Shown piece by piece: positions 9,472-19,933 of a stretch of 64,000 nt of DNA; position 1 is the first letter of the stretch, and each line of letters starts with the position of its first letter. The stretch covers positions 413,805 through 477,804 of the forward strand of contig CAWGKP010000011.1 of assembly GCA_963823185.1 (NCBI GenBank), given 5' to 3'. Made by a program: the position numbers and the translations under genes. The notes beneath the pieces are model-generated. The model made no database searches. It worked only from the letters and a program-made list of their open reading frames with translations, and was not told the DNA's origin. This stretch comes from an uncultured Acidobacteriota bacterium. Lineage in GTDB: Bacteria; Acidobacteriota; Thermoanaerobaculia; UBA5066; Gp7-AA6.

Positions 9472-10888
9472 CCGGGCCGGCAACCCGCTCGCCGAGCGCT
9501 ACGCCTCGGCCGAGATGTCCCGCATCTTCTCGGCCCAATTCAAGTTCGAGACCTGGAGGCGGCTCTGGCTCTGGCTCGCCGAGGAGGAGCGCCGGCTCGG
9601 CCTCCCGATCTCGGAGGAGGCCCTCGCGCAGATGCGGAGCCACCTCGCGGACATCGATTTCGAGGCGGCGGCGAAGGAAGAGCAGACGACGCGGCACGAC
9701 GTCATGGCCCACGTGCGCGTCTTCGGCGTGGCGGCGCCCGCGGCGCGCGGCATCCTGCACTGGGGCGCCACGTCGGCCTACGTCGCGGACAACACGGACC
9801 TCATCCAGATGCGCGAGGGCCTGTCGCTCGCCGAACAGCGCCTCGTCGCGGTGCTGCGGCGCCTGCGCGACTTCGCGCTGGCGCACCGCGATCTGCCGGC
9901 GCTCGCCTACACGCACTACCAGCCCGCGCAGCCCACGACCGTCGGCAAACGCGCGGCGCTCTGGGCGTCGGACCTGCTCATGGACCTCGAGGCAATCCGC
10001 GGCGCGCGCGAGGGATTGCGATTCCTGGGAGCGAAGGGGGCGACGGGCTCGCAGGCCTCCTTCCTCCTCCTCTTCGGAGGCGACGCCGCGAAGGTCGAGG
10101 ACCTCGACGCCGCCCTCGCGCGGCGCGCCGGTTTCGCCCGCCGGCAGCTCGTCTCGGGCCAGACCTATTCGCGCAAGCAGGACGACGCGGTCGTCCGCGC
10201 GCTCTCGGGCCTCGCGCAGTCAGCGCACAAGATCGGCACCGACCTGCGGCTGCTGCAGCACGACGGGGAGCTCGAAGAGCCGTTCGAGGCCAGCCAGGTC
10301 GGCTCGTCGGCCATGCCCTACAAGCGCAACCCGATGCGCGCGGAGCGAATCTGCGCCCTCGCGCGGCACGTCATCGCGCTCTCGATGGACACCGCGATGA
10401 CCGCCGCGACGCAGTGGCTCGAGCGGAGTCTCGACGATTCCGCCAACAAGCGCATCGCCGTGCCCGAGGCGTTCCTCGCGGCCGACGCGATCCTGATCCT
10501 GCTCGAGAACGTGGCGGGCGGACTCGTCGTCCATCCCGAGGTCTCGCGCCGGCGCCTGCTCGAACATCTGCCGTTCCTCGCCACGGAGAACCTCCTCATG
10601 GAGGCGGTGCGGCGGGGCGGCGACCGCCAGGAGCTTCACGAGAAGCTGCGCGTGCACGCGCGCGCGTCGGCGGACCGGATGCACCGCGAGGGCGGCATGC
10701 CCGACCTCTTCGAGCGGATCGCCGCCGACACGGCGTTCGGCATGAAGGCCGGAGACCTCGAGGCCGCATCGCGGCCCGAGAAGCTCGTCGGGCGCTGTCC
10801 GGCGCAGGTCGAGCAGTTCGTCCGGGAGGAGCTCGATCCGGCGCTCGCCGGCGTGGCCGAGATCGAGAGCGCGCCGGTCCGCGTTTGA
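9449..10888 (+). CDS. purB: adenylosuccinate lyase
   Basis: ERYAS, RHDVMAH, HWGATS, THYQPAQ, GSSAMPYKRNP signature and QWLERSLDDSA. The start could be GTG 9458. Confidence 0.96.
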   Translation: MPAVTRADRAGNPLAERYASAEMSRIFSAQFKFETWRRLWLWLAEEERRLGLPISEEALAQMRSHLADIDFEAAAKEEQTTRHDVMAHVRVFGVAAPAARGILHWGATSAYVADNTDLIQMREGLSLAEQRLVAVLRRLRDFALAHRDLPALAYTHYQPAQPTTVGKRAALWASDLLMDLEAIRGAREGLRFLGAKGATGSQASFLLLFGGDAAKVEDLDAALARRAGFARRQLVSGQTYSRKQDDAVVRALSGLAQSAHKIGTDLRLLQHDGELEEPFEASQVGSSAMPYKRNPMRAERICALARHVIALSMDTAMTAATQWLERSLDDSANKRIAVPEAFLAADAILILLENVAGGLVVHPEVSRRRLLEHLPFLATENLLMEAVRRGGDRQELHEKLRVHARASADRMHREGGMPDLFERIAADTAFGMKAGDLEAASRPEKLVGRCPAQVEQFVREELDPALAGVAEIESAPVRV

Positions 10889-11586
10889 GCCGACGCGCCT
10901 TTCGTTTCGGATCCTCGGCCCTCGCGATCGCCCTCGGCGCCGGCTGCGCGACGACCCGGCCGCCCGCGACTCCGACGCCGGCTGCCCCGGCGCCCACGAC
11001 GACGCCGGCTCCAGGCTCGCGGCCCTCGGCCTCCGGCTGGTCCGAGGAAGGCATCGCCTCCTGGTACGGCGGGGACGACGGCTTCGAGGGAAAGCCGACC
11101 GCCTCTGGCGAGATCTACGACTCCTCGCAGCTCACGGCGGCGCATCGCGAGCTGCCGCTCGGCACGATCGTCGAAGTGATGAACGTCGACAACGGCAAGC
11201 GGGTCCGCGTTCGCATCAACGACCGCGGGCCGTTCGCGAAGGGCCGCATCGTGGATCTTTCGAAGGAGGCCGCGCGGCAGCTCGACCTGATCGGCCCGGG
11301 CACCGGGCGGGTGCGCCTCGCCGTCGTTTCGCCCGGCCCGACGCCGACGCCGGTCCCGTCCGCGACGCCCTGGTTCGTGCAGGTCGGGTCGTTCGCCGAT
11401 CCCGAGCGCGCGCGGCGCCAGGCCGAGCGCGTCCGCGCGACGGGGCGCGACGTCGTCCTCGAGCCGTACCGCGGATTGACGCGTGTGAAGGTGGGGCCGT
11501 TCGCGACGCGCGAGCTCGCCGAGCACTCGCTCGCGGCGCTCGAATCCGCGGGCTTCGAGGGGATCGCCGTCCCGCAGTCGCCCTAG
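10885..11586 (+). CDS. rlpA: septal ring lytic transglycosylase RlpA family lipoprotein with SPOR domain
   Basis: TTG start overlapping the purB stop; lipobox-like GAGC; GIASWYG, TASGE, TAAHRELPLG and INDRGPF motifs; C-terminal SPOR (VQVGSF..VKVGPF). Confidence 0.92.
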   Translation: MSRRAFRFGSSALAIALGAGCATTRPPATPTPAAPAPTTTPAPGSRPSASGWSEEGIASWYGGDDGFEGKPTASGEIYDSSQLTAAHRELPLGTIVEVMNVDNGKRVRVRINDRGPFAKGRIVDLSKEAARQLDLIGPGTGRVRLAVVSPGPTPTPVPSATPWFVQVGSFADPERARRQAERVRATGRDVVLEPYRGLTRVKVGPFATRELAEHSLAALESAGFEGIAVPQSP

Positions 11587-11589
11587 GTC

Positions 11590-12096
11590 CTAGGACGCGC
11601 CGCGCCGTTCCGGCGCGAACGGAAGGGGCCGCAGCCCGGCCTCGTGATCGAGCAGCCAGCGCTTGATCGGCAGCCCCGCGCCGTAGCCCGTCAGCGACCC
11701 GTCGCGTCCGAGGATGCGGTGGCACGGAACGACGATCGCGATCGGGTTGGCGCCGTTGGCGGCTCCGACGGCGCGCACCGCCTCGGGACGGCCGACCGCG
11801 ATCGCAATGTCCGAGTAGCTCGCGCGGTCGCCGTACGGCACCTTCACCAGCGCGCTCCAGACGTCCCGCTGGAATTCCGTACCGTCCGGTTCGAGCGCGA
11901 GGTCGAACGCCTTCCGCTTTCCCGCGAAGTACTCCTGCATCTGCCGCGCGATGCCGCGGCACGGCGGCGCGTCGGGCACGGCCGAGGGATCCGTCCGCTC
12001 CCGGCCGTGGAGGAACGAGAGCCGCTTCAGCGACCCGGCGCCGTCCACGACGGCCACCATCGGCCCGAGCGGCGTATCGAAGATTCCGGCGCTCAT
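11590..12096 (-). CDS. ogt: methylated-DNA--protein-cysteine S-methyltransferase
   Basis: GTEFQRDVW, RAVGAANGANP and the PCHR active-site motif. Confidence 0.95.
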   Translation of the reverse strand: MSAGIFDTPLGPMVAVVDGAGSLKRLSFLHGRERTDPSAVPDAPPCRGIARQMQEYFAGKRKAFDLALEPDGTEFQRDVWSALVKVPYGDRASYSDIAIAVGRPEAVRAVGAANGANPIAIVVPCHRILGRDGSLTGYGAGLPIKRWLLDHEAGLRPLPFAPERRGAS

Positions 12097-12129
12097 TTTC
12101 CTCGTTCGAGTCTAAACTCTCCCCTCCCC

Positions 12130-13080
12130 ATGAGCGAGAACACGGCGGGAGCCGTCTCCGTTGCGCTCGCCATCCGCTGCCGCGGCCTGAAGAAGCACTT
12201 CGGGGACGTCCGCGCGGTGGACGGCCTGGATCTGGAGATCCGGCCGGGCGAATGCTTCGGCCTTCTCGGGCCGAACGGCGCCGGCAAGACCACGACGATC
12301 GAGATCCTCGAGGGGCTCACGCGCCCCGACGCCGGAGACGTGGAGATCCTCGGCCGCCGCTGGGGAGAGCACGAGCGGGAGCTGCGCGCGCGCCTCGGCG
12401 TTTCGCTCCAGGAGACGCGGTTCTCCGAAAAGCTGACCGTCTTCGAGATGCTCGACCTCTTTCGCTCGCTCTACCCGCGCGGCCGCGACCCGGAGCGGCT
12501 GCTCGAGGATCTCTCGCTCGAGGAGAAGCGGGACGCGCGCATCGGCAAGCTCTCCGGCGGCCAGCGTCAGCGCCTCGCGGTCGCCTGCGCGCTCGCCGGC
12601 GATCCGGAGATTCTTTTCCTCGACGAGCCGACCACCGGGCTCGACCCCCAGAGCCGCCTCCAGCTCTGGGAGAAGTTCGAGCGGTTCCGGGCGGCCGGAC
12701 GGACGGTCCTCCTGACGACGCATTACATGGAGGAGGCCGAGCGTCTCTGCGACCGCGTGGCGGTGGTCGATCACGGCAAGATCATCGCGCAGGGCACCCC
12801 GGCGGAGCTCATCGCCGGCCTGCACGCGCCGCATATCGTCGAGTTCGCCTCGGATCCCGCCCTTTCGGCCGAGGACCTCAAGGCGCTGCCCGGCGTCAAA
12901 GACTGCCGCCGGCGCGACGACCGCTGGTTCGTGGGCGTGGCCTCGCTCGTGGAGGCCGTGCCGGCGCTTCTCGCGCGTCTGGATCGGGGCGGATCGAAGC
13001 TGCTCACGCTCTCGACGCATCGCGCGACCCTCGAGGACGTCTTCATCTCGCTGACGGGACGGGAACTCCGCGATGAGTAA
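12130..13080 (+). CDS. ABC-2 type exporter ATP-binding protein
   Basis: Walker A GPNGAGKTT, LSGGQ signature, LDEPTTGLD and TTHYM; ATG at 12130 within the longer ORF. Confidence 0.93.
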   Translation: MSENTAGAVSVALAIRCRGLKKHFGDVRAVDGLDLEIRPGECFGLLGPNGAGKTTTIEILEGLTRPDAGDVEILGRRWGEHERELRARLGVSLQETRFSEKLTVFEMLDLFRSLYPRGRDPERLLEDLSLEEKRDARIGKLSGGQRQRLAVACALAGDPEILFLDEPTTGLDPQSRLQLWEKFERFRAAGRTVLLTTHYMEEAERLCDRVAVVDHGKIIAQGTPAELIAGLHAPHIVEFASDPALSAEDLKALPGVKDCRRRDDRWFVGVASLVEAVPALLARLDRGGSKLLTLSTHRATLEDVFISLTGRELRDE

Positions 13081-14113
13081 GCCGCGGCCCGCTCTCGTCG
13101 CGCTCACACGGGCGCGCGTGCTCGAGTTCATCCGCGAGCCGGAGGCCGTCTTCTGGGTGTTCGCCTTCCCGATCATCATGGCGCTCGTCCTGGGCTTCGC
13201 CTTTCGCGACAAGGGGCCGGACAAGGTTCCGGTCGGCATCGCGGGCGGCGGCTCCGGGGGCCTGCTCGCCGGAAAGCCGCTCGCGTCGGCCGCGCTCAAG
13301 ACGACCGAGTTCGCGACGCTCGAAGAGGGGCTCCAGGCTCTCCGCACCGGGAAGATCGCCCTCCTCGTCGAGAACGGCGACCCGCTCGTGTATCACTTCG
13401 ATCCGACACGGCCGGACGCCCGCCTCGCTCGCCTCGAGGTGGACGACGTCATCCAGCGGGGGGCGGGCCGGCAGAACCCGGTCGCGGTGAAAGAGGTCGA
13501 GATGCACGAGAAGGGCTCGCGCTACATCGACTTCTTGCTGCCGGGAATCCTCGGCCTGAACCTCATGGGCACCGGCATCTGGGGCATCGGCTTCGGCATC
13601 GTGAACGCGCGCCTGAAGAAGACCCTGAAGCTCATGACCGCGACGCCGATGCGGAAGTCGGATTTCCTGCTCGCGCAGATCCTCTCGCGGCTCTTCTTCC
13701 TGCTCCTCGAAATCGCAGTGATCCTGGCCTTCGGCGTGCTCGCGTTCGGCGTGCCGATCCGTGGCTCGGTCATCCTTCTCCTCGCGATCGCGCTCCTCGG
13801 ATCGCTCTCGTTCGCGGGACTGGGGCTCCTCGTGGCCGCGCGCGCCAAGACGCTCGAGGCCGCGAGCGGTTTGATGAACCTCGTCATGGTTCCCATGTGG
13901 CTCCTGTCGGGTGTGTTCTTTTCCGCCGACCGCTTCCCGAACGCGGCGCAGCCCCTCATCCGGGCGCTGCCGCTGACCGCGCTCAACGACGCCCTGCGCG
14001 CCGTGATGCTCGAGGGCAAGGGACCGGCGGCGATCGCGGTCCCGGCGGTGATCCTCGCGGCCTGGGGCGTCGCGAGCTTCGGCGTCGCGCTCAAGATCTT
14101 CCGCTGGCAGTAG
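13073..14113 (+). CDS. ABC-2 type exporter permease
   Basis: One N-terminal plus several C-terminal TM helices, YIDFLLPG and LSGVFF..LPLT pattern; overlaps the ATPase gene. Confidence 0.9.
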   Translation: MSKPRPALVALTRARVLEFIREPEAVFWVFAFPIIMALVLGFAFRDKGPDKVPVGIAGGGSGGLLAGKPLASAALKTTEFATLEEGLQALRTGKIALLVENGDPLVYHFDPTRPDARLARLEVDDVIQRGAGRQNPVAVKEVEMHEKGSRYIDFLLPGILGLNLMGTGIWGIGFGIVNARLKKTLKLMTATPMRKSDFLLAQILSRLFFLLLEIAVILAFGVLAFGVPIRGSVILLLAIALLGSLSFAGLGLLVAARAKTLEAASGLMNLVMVPMWLLSGVFFSADRFPNAAQPLIRALPLTALNDALRAVMLEGKGPAAIAVPAVILAAWGVASFGVALKIFRWQ

Positions 14114-14121
14114 GAGGGGAG

Positions 14122-15126
14122 ATGCCGACGCTCTTCGTGACCCAGGCCGAGGTCCCGAAGCTCCTTCCGATGGACGAGTGCGTCGAGGTCATGGCCGCGA
14201 CGATGGAGGCGCTGGCGCGCGGCCAGACGATCCTGCCGCTGCGGCAGATCCTCTGGCTCCCCGAGCGGGTGGGAGCGCTCGGCCTCATGCCGGGCGCGCT
14301 CCTCTCCGAGGGCGTGTTGGGCGTGAAGGCCATCACGCTCTTTCCCGGAAACGAAGGCACGGCGCGCGACACACACCAGGGCGCGGTGCTCCTCTTCGAC
14401 GGAGGCAACGGAGACCTTCTCGCCGTCCTCGACGCGACGTCGATCACCGGCATCCGCACGGCGGCGGTCTCCGGCGTCGCCACGCGGCTCCTCGCCCGCG
14501 AGGACGCCGGCGACCTGGCGATCCTGGGCTCGGGCGTGCAGGCGCGGACGCATCTCGAGGCGATGCGCTGCGTGCGGAGGATCCGCCGTGTGCGCGTCTG
14601 GAGCCGCAACGCCGCGAACGCCCGCGCCTTCGCCGCCGGCGAGTCGAAGCGCCTGGGAATCCCGATCGAAGTCGCGGCCGGCGCGCGCGAGGCCGTCGCC
14701 GGCGCCGACCTGATCTGCACCGCCACTTCCGCGCGCGAGCCGATCCTGCGCGGCGATTGGATCTCGCCCGGCGCGCACGTCAACGCCGTCGGCTCGAGCA
14801 TCCCCGCAGCGCGCGAGCTCGACGCCGACGCCGTGCGCCGCTCCCGACTCTATGCCGACCGGCGCGAGTCGCTCGTGAACGAGGGCGGCGATTTCCTGCT
14901 CGCGAAGAAGGAGGGCGCCGTCGGCGACGACCACATCGTGGGCGAGATCGGCGAAGTCGCGATCGGGAAGGCGCCGGGCCGCCGGTCGAAAGACGAGATC
15001 ACGCTCTTCAAGTCCCTGGGCCTCGCCGTCGAAGACGTGGCGTCGGCAAAACACATCTACGAGAAGGCGCGGGCGTCCGGCGCGGGCCGCACGATCGAGT
15101 TCGGAGGCCATCGCGAAGTCTCTTGA
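14122..15126 (+). CDS. ornithine cyclodeaminase / mu-crystallin family protein
   Basis: GGAGG SD; ITGIRTAAVS, ILGSGVQA, HVNAVGS and LFKSLGLAVED motifs. Confidence 0.92.
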   Translation: MPTLFVTQAEVPKLLPMDECVEVMAATMEALARGQTILPLRQILWLPERVGALGLMPGALLSEGVLGVKAITLFPGNEGTARDTHQGAVLLFDGGNGDLLAVLDATSITGIRTAAVSGVATRLLAREDAGDLAILGSGVQARTHLEAMRCVRRIRRVRVWSRNAANARAFAAGESKRLGIPIEVAAGAREAVAGADLICTATSAREPILRGDWISPGAHVNAVGSSIPAARELDADAVRRSRLYADRRESLVNEGGDFLLAKKEGAVGDDHIVGEIGEVAIGKAPGRRSKDEITLFKSLGLAVEDVASAKHIYEKARASGAGRTIEFGGHREVS

Positions 15127-16120
15127 CCCGCCGCCGCTCGAGGAGATCCGCGCGGCCCGCGAGCGGCTGCGCGGCGTCGCGCTGCGGACACCGCTCGTGC
15201 GCTTCGACGCCGGTCCCGCGGGCGCCGAAGTCTGGCTCAAGCTCGAGAGCCTGCAGCCGATCGGATCGTTCAAGATCCGCGGCGCCGGCAACGCGCTCGC
15301 GCTCGCGCGGCCGGAGGATCTCGCGCGCGGCGTGTACACGGCGAGCGCCGGCAACATGGCGCAGGGCCTGGCTTTCGCGGCCCGGCGCCTCGGCGTGTCC
15401 TGCGCCGTCGTGGTTCCGGACACCGCGCCCCGCGCGAAGCTCGACGCCATCGAGCGCCTCGGCGCGCGGTACGTGAAGGAGCCCTTCGAACGCTGGTGGC
15501 GGGTCCTCGTCGAGCACGCCTATCCCGGCCTCGACGGACTCTTCGTGCATCCCTTCTACGATCCCGCGGTGATCGCCGGCAACGGGACGATCGGGCTCGA
15601 GATCCTCGAGGACCTGCCGGACGTGGACACCATCCTCGTCCCGTGGGGAGGCGGCGGGCTCTCGTGCGGCATCGCCGCCGCGGTCAAGGCGATCTCTGCG
15701 CGCGTCCGCGTCGTCGCCTGCGAGGTCGAGACCGCGGCGCCGCTCTCCGCCTCGCTCGCCGCCGGCTCGCCGCAATCGATCGCGTATCACGCGAGCTTCG
15801 TCGACGGCATCGGCTCGGGCGGACTTCATCCCGGAATGTGGGCGCTCGCACGAACGCTTCTGGACGGCGCGCGTGTCGCGAAGCTCCCCGAGGTGGCCGA
15901 CGCCGTGCGGCTCCTCGCGACACGGCAACGGCTCGTGGCGGAGGGCGCGGGCGCGACGTCCGTCGCCGTCGCGCTCTCCGACCGCGCACCGGGGGGCAAG
16001 ACCGTCTGCGTCGTCTCGGGCGGCAACATCGACGCCGGCAAGCTCGCGCGCATCCTCGAGGGGCAGACGCCGGAAACGCCTACCGAAAACGCCAGCCGCC
16101 CAGAATCTCGATCGCGTTGA
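15123..16120 (+). CDS. PLP-dependent threonine/serine dehydratase family protein
   Basis: KLESLQPIGSFKIRG (PLP lysine), SAGN, GGGGL and VSGGN motifs. Homology extends upstream of GTG 15197 (PPPLEEIRAARERL..RTPL); the likely start is TTG 15123 with one missing C, so the start is uncertain. Confidence 0.88.
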
Positions 16121-16634
16121 AGCCGAGGTTCGGCAGAACGGTGTTCGCGTTCGAATAGTGGTACCAGCGCGCTTCGACCATCCAGCCCTGCCGGGCCCCC
16201 GGCGGGCCGCGCACGCCGAATCCTCCCTGCAGGATGAAATTGAATCGCCGGCTGAGCTCGACGATGTGCAGGTCCGTCCAGCAGAGGCCCGCGCCCACGC
16301 CGAAGTAGGGAACGACGGCGGCGGAACCGGAGCCGAAGAGATAGCGGACGCCAACGGGGACGAGGCCCACCGCGTAACCGTCGGGGCGAAAGTACTTCGC
16401 GAAATGAGCCTCCGGGACGTACTCGAAGCGCGCGCCGAGCCGGAACGACGCCTGCGGCTGCACGAGGAGGCTCTGCTCCTCGGTCCGGGCGTGATTCACC
16501 TTCACGGCATAACCGAAGCCGGCGAGAAGGGCGAACGACGGCTCGTTCGCGGGGGCGGGCGGCGGCGTCTGAGCCGTGGCGCCGGCCGCGACGAGGCCGA
16601 GCCCCGCCACCGCCGTGAGAAGGGCGCGCCTCAT
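16080..16634 (-). CDS. PagL-like lipid A 3-O-deacylase / acyloxyacyl hydrolase outer-membrane barrel
   Basis: Signal peptide, [22 protein letters not shown] catalytic motif and near-terminal aromatic residue; ATG overlaps the stop of the Fpg-like gene. Confidence 0.8.
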   Translation of the reverse strand: MRRALLTAVAGLGLVAAGATAQTPPPAPANEPSFALLAGFGYAVKVNHARTEEQSLLVQPQASFRLGARFEYVPEAHFAKYFRPDGYAVGLVPVGVRYLFGSGSAAVVPYFGVGAGLCWTDLHIVELSRRFNFILQGGFGVRGPPGARQGWMVEARWYHYSNANTVLPNLGFNAIEILGGWRFR

Positions 16635-17528
16635 CGCATCTTGCGCTCCTCGAGCTCCTCGATCGTCTTCGGCCAGTCGCCTTTGAGGAGCTGCGAGAGC
16701 GCGCGGTCGGCCAGGAGCTTGCCGCCGGTCTGGCAGGTCGGACAGTAGTTCGATTCGTTCTCGGCGTACACGATCCGCTGGATCGGCGTGCCGCAGACCG
16801 GACATGGCTTTCCGTAGCGTCCGTGCACCGCCATCCCGTCCCGAAACGCCGTGACCTTCTCCGGAAATGCCTTCCGGGCGTCGTCGACAAGCCGTGCGCA
16901 CCATTCGCCGAGCGTCCGGCGCGTGGCGCGCCACAGCCGCTCGGTCTCCTCCTCCGTGAGACGGCTCGTGAGGCGCGCCGGCGACAAACGGGCCCGGTGC
17001 AGGATCTCGTCGGAATAGGCGTTGCCGATGCCCGAGAAGAGGCGCGGATCGGTCAGCGCCCGCTTCACGGTGTGGTTCTCGCGGGCGAGCGCCGCGCGAA
17101 ATGCCGGGAGGTCCGAATCGAGCACCTCGAGGCCGCCACGGTCGAGGGCGGAGACGCCGTCCTCGCGCACGAGGTGAAGCGACGCGCGCCGCTTCGTTCC
17201 CGCCTCGGTCAGGACGAGCGACCCGTCCGCGAAGTCGAGGGCCGCCAGCGCCCCGCGGCCGCCCGACCTTCGCGCCGCGCGGCCTCCAGTGCAGGCGCCC
17301 CGCGATCATCAGGTGGAGCACGAGGCGCAGCCCGCCCTCGAGCTCGAACACCACGCGCTTGCCGAGCCGCGAGACACGCTGCACGCGCCGGCCCGCCGCC
17401 TCGGCGATCGGCGGCGACACCGACCGCAGCAGGAAGGGGCTGCCGAGGCGCACCCCTTCGAGCGTGCGTCCCACGACGCGCGGCTCGAGCGCCGCAAGGT
17501 ACGCGAGGATGTCCGGCAGCTCCGGCAC
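16631..17528 (-). CDS. Fpg/Nei family DNA glycosylase/AP lyase (one frameshift near 17263)
   Basis: MPELPD start, [19 protein letters not shown]2TH motif and CPVC..CPTCQ zinc finger; removing one G from GGG near 17263 joins the two frames. Confidence 0.9.
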
Positions 17529-17575
17529 GGCCCGGGAGAGTAGCCCCTCCGCGCTAGAATCCGAAGCGGCGCCGC

Positions 17576-19933
17576 ATGCTCGCCCTCCTCCGCCGATACA
17601 CGCGCTGGCTCCACACGATGTGGCCGGCGGGAACGGTCGAGAAGCTGCCCGTGGTCGGGCCGGACGGCGAGACGGCCGTTCCCGGCGTCCGCATCGCCGG
17701 CGACCTGACCGGCGTTCCGCTCCTCAAGTTCGCCTCCGACACGGGCGCGCGGGCGGTGGAGGCGTTCCTCGCCGAGCCGGATTTCGCGCGCGAGCGCCGG
17801 GCAGACGCCGATCCGAGCGTGCTCGATCTCGCCATCGTGGGCGCCGGCGTGTCCGGCGTCGCGGCGGCCCTCCGGGCGCAGGCGGCCGGACTGCGCTTTG
17901 CGGTGTTCGAGGGCTCCGAGCTCTTCTCGACGGTCGCGAATTTTCCGAAGCGCAAGCCGATCTTCACGTACCCGAGCGGCATGACCCCCCGCGGCGACCT
18001 CCAGTTCCGCGCCGAGGTCCATCCGAAGGAGGAGCTCCTCGACGGCATGGTCCGGCTCGTGCGCGGGCGCGGCATCGAGATCACGGCGGCCCGCATCGAG
18101 CGCGTCGAGCGCCGCGACGGCATCCTCTGGCTCCACGCCGACGGCGCGCCGGCCGTTCGCGCGCGGCGCGTGCTCGTGGCGATCGGGCGCAGCGGCGATC
18201 ACCGCCGGCTCGGCGTGCCCGGCGAGGACGACCCCGACCGCGTGTTCAACCGCCTGTACGACCCGCGGGATCACGCGGGGGAGCGCGCCCTCGTCGTCGG
18301 GGGCGGCGATTCCGCGCTGGAGACGGCCATCGCGCTCGTCGCGGCCGGCGCGCACGTCACGCTCTGTCACCGCGGCGAGGACCTCGCTCGAGCGAAGCCG
18401 GAAAACGTCGCGATGGTCCGGACGCTCGAAAACGATCCGTCGGCGAGGGTCGCGATCGAGCGGCCGACCTCCGATCAGGAGACGGCCTCCACGGGCGCGT
18501 TCCTGGACTCCGCGGCCTCGCGTCCGCCCGGCTCGCTGCGGCTGCGGCTGGCGACGCGCGTCGTGCGGATCGAGGCCGGGCGCGTCGCGCTCGCCGGAGC
18601 GGACGGCCGGGAATCGTCCCTGCCCAACGACGTCGTCTTCACGATGCTCGGCCGCGAGGCGCCGCTCGCCTTCTTCCGGAAGTCCGGAATCCCGATCCGG
18701 GGCGAATGGACCGCCCGCAAGTCGGCCGGATTCGCCGCGTTCCTCCTCTTCTGCGTCTTCCTGTACAACTGGAAGGCGGGCGGCGCGGTCAACCGGTATT
18801 TCCAAACCCACGGGCTCTTCCCCTACAACCTGCCGGCTCTCGTCCGATCTCCCGCGACGCTCGCCGGCACGCTTGCGATCTCGCTGCGCGATCCCGGCTT
18901 TTATTACTCGCTCGCGTACTGCCTCTGCGTGCTCGGCTTCGGCGTCGCGCGGATCCGCCGGCGGCGGACGCCGTACGTGACATGGCAGACCTGGACGCTC
19001 GTCGCGATCCAGTGGATTCCGCTCTTCCTCTTGCCCTACGTGCTCCTTCCCTGGCTCGGCCACAACGGCGCGTTCGACGCGGGCTTCGGCCGGATGCTCG
19101 CCGACAACCTCTTCCCGGCGGCCGGCGCGGCCGCCCACGGGCGCGAGTACTGGCGCGCGTTCGGATTCATCCTCGCGTGGCCGCTCTTCGTCTGGAACGT
19201 CTTCTCGTACAGGCCGCTCGCCTGGTGGCTGGTCATCGCGTTCCTGCAGACGTTCGTCCTCATCCCGCTCATGGTCCGGCGCTGGGGGAAGGGCTCCTAC
19301 TGCGGCTGGATCTGTTCCTGCGGGGCGCTCGCGGAGACGATGGGAGACACCGAGCGCGAGAAGATGCCGCACGGCCCCGTCTGGAATCGCGTGAACATGG
19401 TCGGGCAGGCGATCCTCGCGGCCGCGCTCCTGCTCTTCGCGGCGCGCGCCATCTCGTGGGTCGCACCGGGGACGGCGGCCGGCCGCGTCACGCAGAAGCT
19501 CTTCGACGGGCTCCTGTCGGGCTGGTCGCTCTTCGGGATCGAGCTCAACTACTACCACGTCGTGGACATCTTCCTGGCCGGGATCCTCGGCGTCGGCGCG
19601 TACTTCTGGTTCTCCGGCCGCGTCTGGTGCCGCTTCGCGTGCCCGCTCGCCGCCCTGATGAACGTCTACGCGCGCTTCACGCGCTTCCGCATCTTCGCGG
19701 AGAAGGAGAAGTGCATCTCCTGCGGCGTGTGCACGACCGTTTGCCACCAGGGCATCGACGTCATGAGCTTCGCCAACAAGGGCGCGCCGATGGCCGACCC
19801 CCAGTGCGTCCGCTGCTCGGCCTGCGTGCAGTCCTGCCCGACCGGCGTCCTGTCGTTCGGCCGCTACGGCGGGAACGGGCTCCCGGTCCTCGACCGCCTC
19901 CCCGCGTCGCCGGTACGGATGCGGGAGGGCTAG
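17576..19933 (+). CDS. FAD/NAD(P)-dependent oxidoreductase fused to NapH-like membrane 4Fe-4S domain
   Basis: VGAGVSG and VVGGGDSA dinucleotide motifs, several TM helices, CGWICSCG and CRFACP motifs, and two CxxCxxCxxxC ferredoxin motifs. Confidence 0.88.
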   Translation: MLALLRRYTRWLHTMWPAGTVEKLPVVGPDGETAVPGVRIAGDLTGVPLLKFASDTGARAVEAFLAEPDFARERRADADPSVLDLAIVGAGVSGVAAALRAQAAGLRFAVFEGSELFSTVANFPKRKPIFTYPSGMTPRGDLQFRAEVHPKEELLDGMVRLVRGRGIEITAARIERVERRDGILWLHADGAPAVRARRVLVAIGRSGDHRRLGVPGEDDPDRVFNRLYDPRDHAGERALVVGGGDSALETAIALVAAGAHVTLCHRGEDLARAKPENVAMVRTLENDPSARVAIERPTSDQETASTGAFLDSAASRPPGSLRLRLATRVVRIEAGRVALAGADGRESSLPNDVVFTMLGREAPLAFFRKSGIPIRGEWTARKSAGFAAFLLFCVFLYNWKAGGAVNRYFQTHGLFPYNLPALVRSPATLAGTLAISLRDPGFYYSLAYCLCVLGFGVARIRRRRTPYVTWQTWTLVAIQWIPLFLLPYVLLPWLGHNGAFDAGFGRMLADNLFPAAGAAAHGREYWRAFGFILAWPLFVWNVFSYRPLAWWLVIAFLQTFVLIPLMVRRWGKGSYCGWICSCGALAETMGDTEREKMPHGPVWNRVNMVGQAILAAALLLFAARAISWVAPGTAAGRVTQKLFDGLLSGWSLFGIELNYYHVVDIFLAGILGVGAYFWFSGRVWCRFACPLAALMNVYARFTRFRIFAEKEKCISCGVCTTVCHQGIDVMSFANKGAPMADPQCVRCSACVQSCPTGVLSFGRYGGNGLPVLDRLPASPVRMREG

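Noticed and set aside
16080-17528. Fpg-PagL fusion protein (482-aa ORF)
   Set aside because: It is an artefact of the frameshift near 17263; the PagL-like gene has its own ATG and signal peptide at 16634.
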